Origin: Octopus sinensis
Lineage: Eukaryota
NCBI RefSeq assembly: GCF_006345805.1
Contig: NW_021827431.1
Span: 1 to 10,432 of the forward strand
Reading direction: 5' to 3'
DNA: 10,432 bases
Part shown: one piece after another, positions 7,853-10,432 of the stretch
Layout of the letters: the number at the start of each line of letters is the position of its first letter
Numbering within the stretch: position 1 is the first letter of the stretch
Notes under the pieces: model-generated
Database searches by the model: none
Seen by the model: only the letters and a program-made list of their open reading frames with translations
Told to the model about the DNA's origin: nothing
Program-made: the position numbers and the translations under genes

Positions 7853-8200
7853 TGTGTTGTCGTTGTTGTTGCTGTTTCATAGCCGTCGTCGTCATCGACA
7901 GTGTTGTTGCTGCTGTTGCAGTTGTTGTTGTTATTGTTATTGTACTTGTTCTTATTGCTGTCACTTCGGTGTTTAGGTTTTTCTTATCGTTTTTCCTCTT
8001 ATTATTGTCGTTGTTCTTGCAGTTGTTGTCGCTGCTGTTGCTTGTTGCCGTCGCTGTTATCTTTGCTGTTGTTGTTATTCTTGCTGTTCTTGATGATGAT
8101 AATGATGATGATGATGACGACGACGATACGACGACGACGATGACCATGGCGATGGCGATGATGGTCATCATCATCATCACCATCATCATGGATGGTGGTG
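7853..8200. repeat. Degenerate trinucleotide tract (GTT/GCT/GTC, then GAT/GAC, then CAT)
   Basis: In-phase triplet repeats that generate the poly-Val/Leu/Asp/Thr ORFs at 7803-8235. Confidence 0.9.
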
Positions 8201-8415
8201 TTTAACCCCGAGTTCGTGCTGCTCAGGCAGGCCAATCTGGCGCTTCAGACCTATTACTTAGAACCATATATTATGATCATTCCAAGTGTGACCATCCTGT
8301 CTTCAGAACATGTACATGTTATCTAAGGTAGTCTTTCTTATTCATGAGCGTAGAGAAGTGATTTGAGGTGTGATTTTGACTGATATTTCAAGCATGTCGA
8401 CTAAGCCACCAGAGG
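8200..8415 (-). mobile_element. Possible old SINE/interspersed repeat
   Basis: Segments tttaacccc..., cattccaagtgtgaccatcc and gattttgactgatatttcaagcatgtcga resemble a recalled octopus repeat. There is no second copy in the window. Confidence 0.35.
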
Positions 8416-8479
8416 TTTTCTGGGTAGGTTCGGGTAGAAGCTAAGGTATATGTTGTGGCAGTACGGTCTGTAGTTGAAT

Positions 8480-8905
8480 GCGTGGTGGTGGAGCTTGTGG
8501 GGGAGGTTGTTAATGGTTCTGTTGATGTTGATAGTGATGATGTTGGTGTTGGTGATGGCGGTATTAGTGGTGATGCTAGCGGTGATGGTGGTGAGGTGGT
8601 GGTGGTGGTGGTGTTGGTGATGGTGGTGGTGGTGTTCGAGATGATAGTATTGTTATTGGAGGTGGTATTCGTAGTTGTGGTTGTAATGGTGGTGATGGTA
8701 GTGGTGGTTGTGGTGTTTGGGTTAGTGGTTGTTATTGCTGTTGGTGGTGGTGGTGGTCGTCGTCGTCGTCGTCATAGTAGTGGTGGGGATGGTGGCGGTG
8801 GTGGTGATAGTGGTGGTAGTGGTGGTGATAGTGGTGGTAGTGGTGGTGGTGGTGGTGGTGTGGTGGTGGTGGTAGTGCTATCAATGACAGTGATAGTTGT
8901 GTTGG
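8480..8905. repeat. (GGT/GTT/GAT)n low-complexity tract, including a 21-bp tandem duplication (8800-8841)
   Basis: Dominated by GGT triplets; ggtggtgatagtggtggtagt occurs twice. Confidence 0.92.
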
Positions 8906-8978
8906 TTCCGTCTCTCGTTTTTCGCTCTTGTGTCTTTCACTTTTATTTTTCTCTACTTCACTTACTCAATGTACAATA

Positions 8979-9000
8979 TCCCTCTCCCCCCTCTCTCTCC

Positions 9001-9033
<33 letters not shown>

Positions 9034-9810
9034 CTCTCTGGCCTGGTAATATATCTCACTACATCTCCCCTCCTCTCATCTCTCCGTTCTTTTACTCATT
9101 GCGTGACCTCAGTCTATTACAAACACACACGCACGCACACACACACACACGCACACGTACACACATACACACGCGTGTACACACACACGCACACACATAC
9201 ACACATGCACACACCCACACACACAAACACACACATACAAACACACATATGCACATGCACACACACACACACACATACACACATACACACACGCGCAAAC
9301 ACAGGTACAGTCGCTCTCTCTAACTCCTCTCTATCTCTCTTCCATACATAAACACATATAAACACATATACACACATACACATACATTCACCCATACATC
9401 ACAACACACATACGCACGTAAATCATATATACATACACACATATACAGGCATCTACATATACACCCCAATACACACCTCAACATACATTTGCGCGAGCAC
9501 ACACGCACAAGATGTACACAAACCTTGATGTACACAAACCTTGCAGAATACTGGAGCGCCATCCATACGCACATGCGCATACCATCGAAGACATGCATAC
9601 AAATATGTTCGCATAGGTGGCACACTTAAATCCACCCACGCACAGGCCATACTCAAATATACATGATGACATACATACATGCAAGAATACACACACGCAC
9701 ACACATGCAACCACGCTGAAATATAATCAAATACACATACACACACGTATACACACACACACACACATATGCACATACGTATATTTATGCAAGCGCGTGT
9801 ATTACACACT
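8979..9810. repeat. (CT)n (8979-9039) followed by a long pure-to-degenerate (CA)n field; 16-bp tandem duplication at 9511-9542
   Basis: Read directly from the sequence; gatgtacacaaacctt occurs twice. Confidence 0.9.
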
Positions 9811-9837
9811 CATTGGCATCGAAACTACCATTATATA

Positions 9838-9995
9838 TATCTTTTACTCTTTTACTTGTTAAAGTCATTAGACTGAGGCCAAGCTGGGACACTTAAGCCT
9901 GGTACTTAATCTATTGATATTTTTTGCCGAAGCGTTAAGTTAAGGGAAAGTAAACAGACCAATGCCTGTTGTCAAGCGGTGGTGAGGGACAGACA
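9838..9995 (-). mobile_element. SINE 3' half (octopus-type), apparently internally deleted
   Basis: Starts with tail-like tandem cttttact cttttact. Reverse-complemented, 9899-9916 reads caatagattaagtaccag, 15/18 identical to the SINE core at 7323-7340. It runs into a (CA)n tract. Confidence 0.7.
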
Positions 9996-10024
9996 TTCAC
10001 ACACACACACACACACATACACAT

Positions 10025-10063
<39 letters not shown>

Positions 10064-10432
10064 CGTTCACAAATACACACGTCACACATGCACACGAATG
10101 CATAGACATATTCACATACTCACATAGATACACTCAAATACATGCCCTCAAAACACACACATACTTTCAGAAACTCACATATACTGAGACTTACATGCAC
10201 ACACACACACATGTTATCATGTGTGTATGTGTGTTATCGTGTGTGTTTATCATGTTACATGCACACACACACACTCACACACACACACACACACACGCAC
10301 TCACAAACGCACACGTGTGTAAATACACTGACAAAAGGTACGTGGCCATACACTCTAACACACAAGCACACATACATAGAAACACGAGCGCATACTCAGA
10401 AACAAACATACAAACACACTCACACTCATGCA
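9996..10432. repeat. (CA)n-rich compound microsatellite
   Basis: Read directly from the sequence. Confidence 0.92.

Noticed and set aside
7455-8235. Poly-His, poly-Asp and poly-Leu/Val ORFs
   Set aside because: Trinucleotide repeats open in several frames on both strands. The acidic + frame (EDYNDSDDD...) has stops immediately upstream and no acceptor.
8455-9351. 298-aa ORF (poly-Val/Gly, SL and TH repeats)
   Set aside because: It is the translation of consecutive GGT, CT and CA simple repeats, which lack stops by composition. It has a non-ATG start and no domain.

Overview
A non-coding, microsatellite-saturated eukaryotic window, with (TA)n, (CA/TG)n, (GATA)n, (CT)n, (GAT)n, (GTT)n and (GGT)n tracts. 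The repeat content and SINE types suggest a coleoid cephalopod, probably Octopus; this is an inference from recalled repeat sequences. No intact protein-coding gene is supported, and most ORFs in the supplied track are translations of simple repeats. Recognisable elements are: tRNA-headed SINE pieces (51-208, 6990-7195, 7199-7430, 9838-9995); two oppositely oriented copies of a mariner-derived MITE that keep the transposase C-terminus (2366-2585, 5997-6152); a decayed 3' end of an R4/Dong/NeSL-type non-LTR retrotransposon with a restriction-like endonuclease domain (3097-3752); and a Helitron-like fragment. The most striking structures are two unrelated, near-perfect long palindromes (2010-2244 and 6292-6485). 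There is also one strong splice-acceptor signal at 7455-7484 that may mark a host exon. I found no convincing novel multi-gene system.
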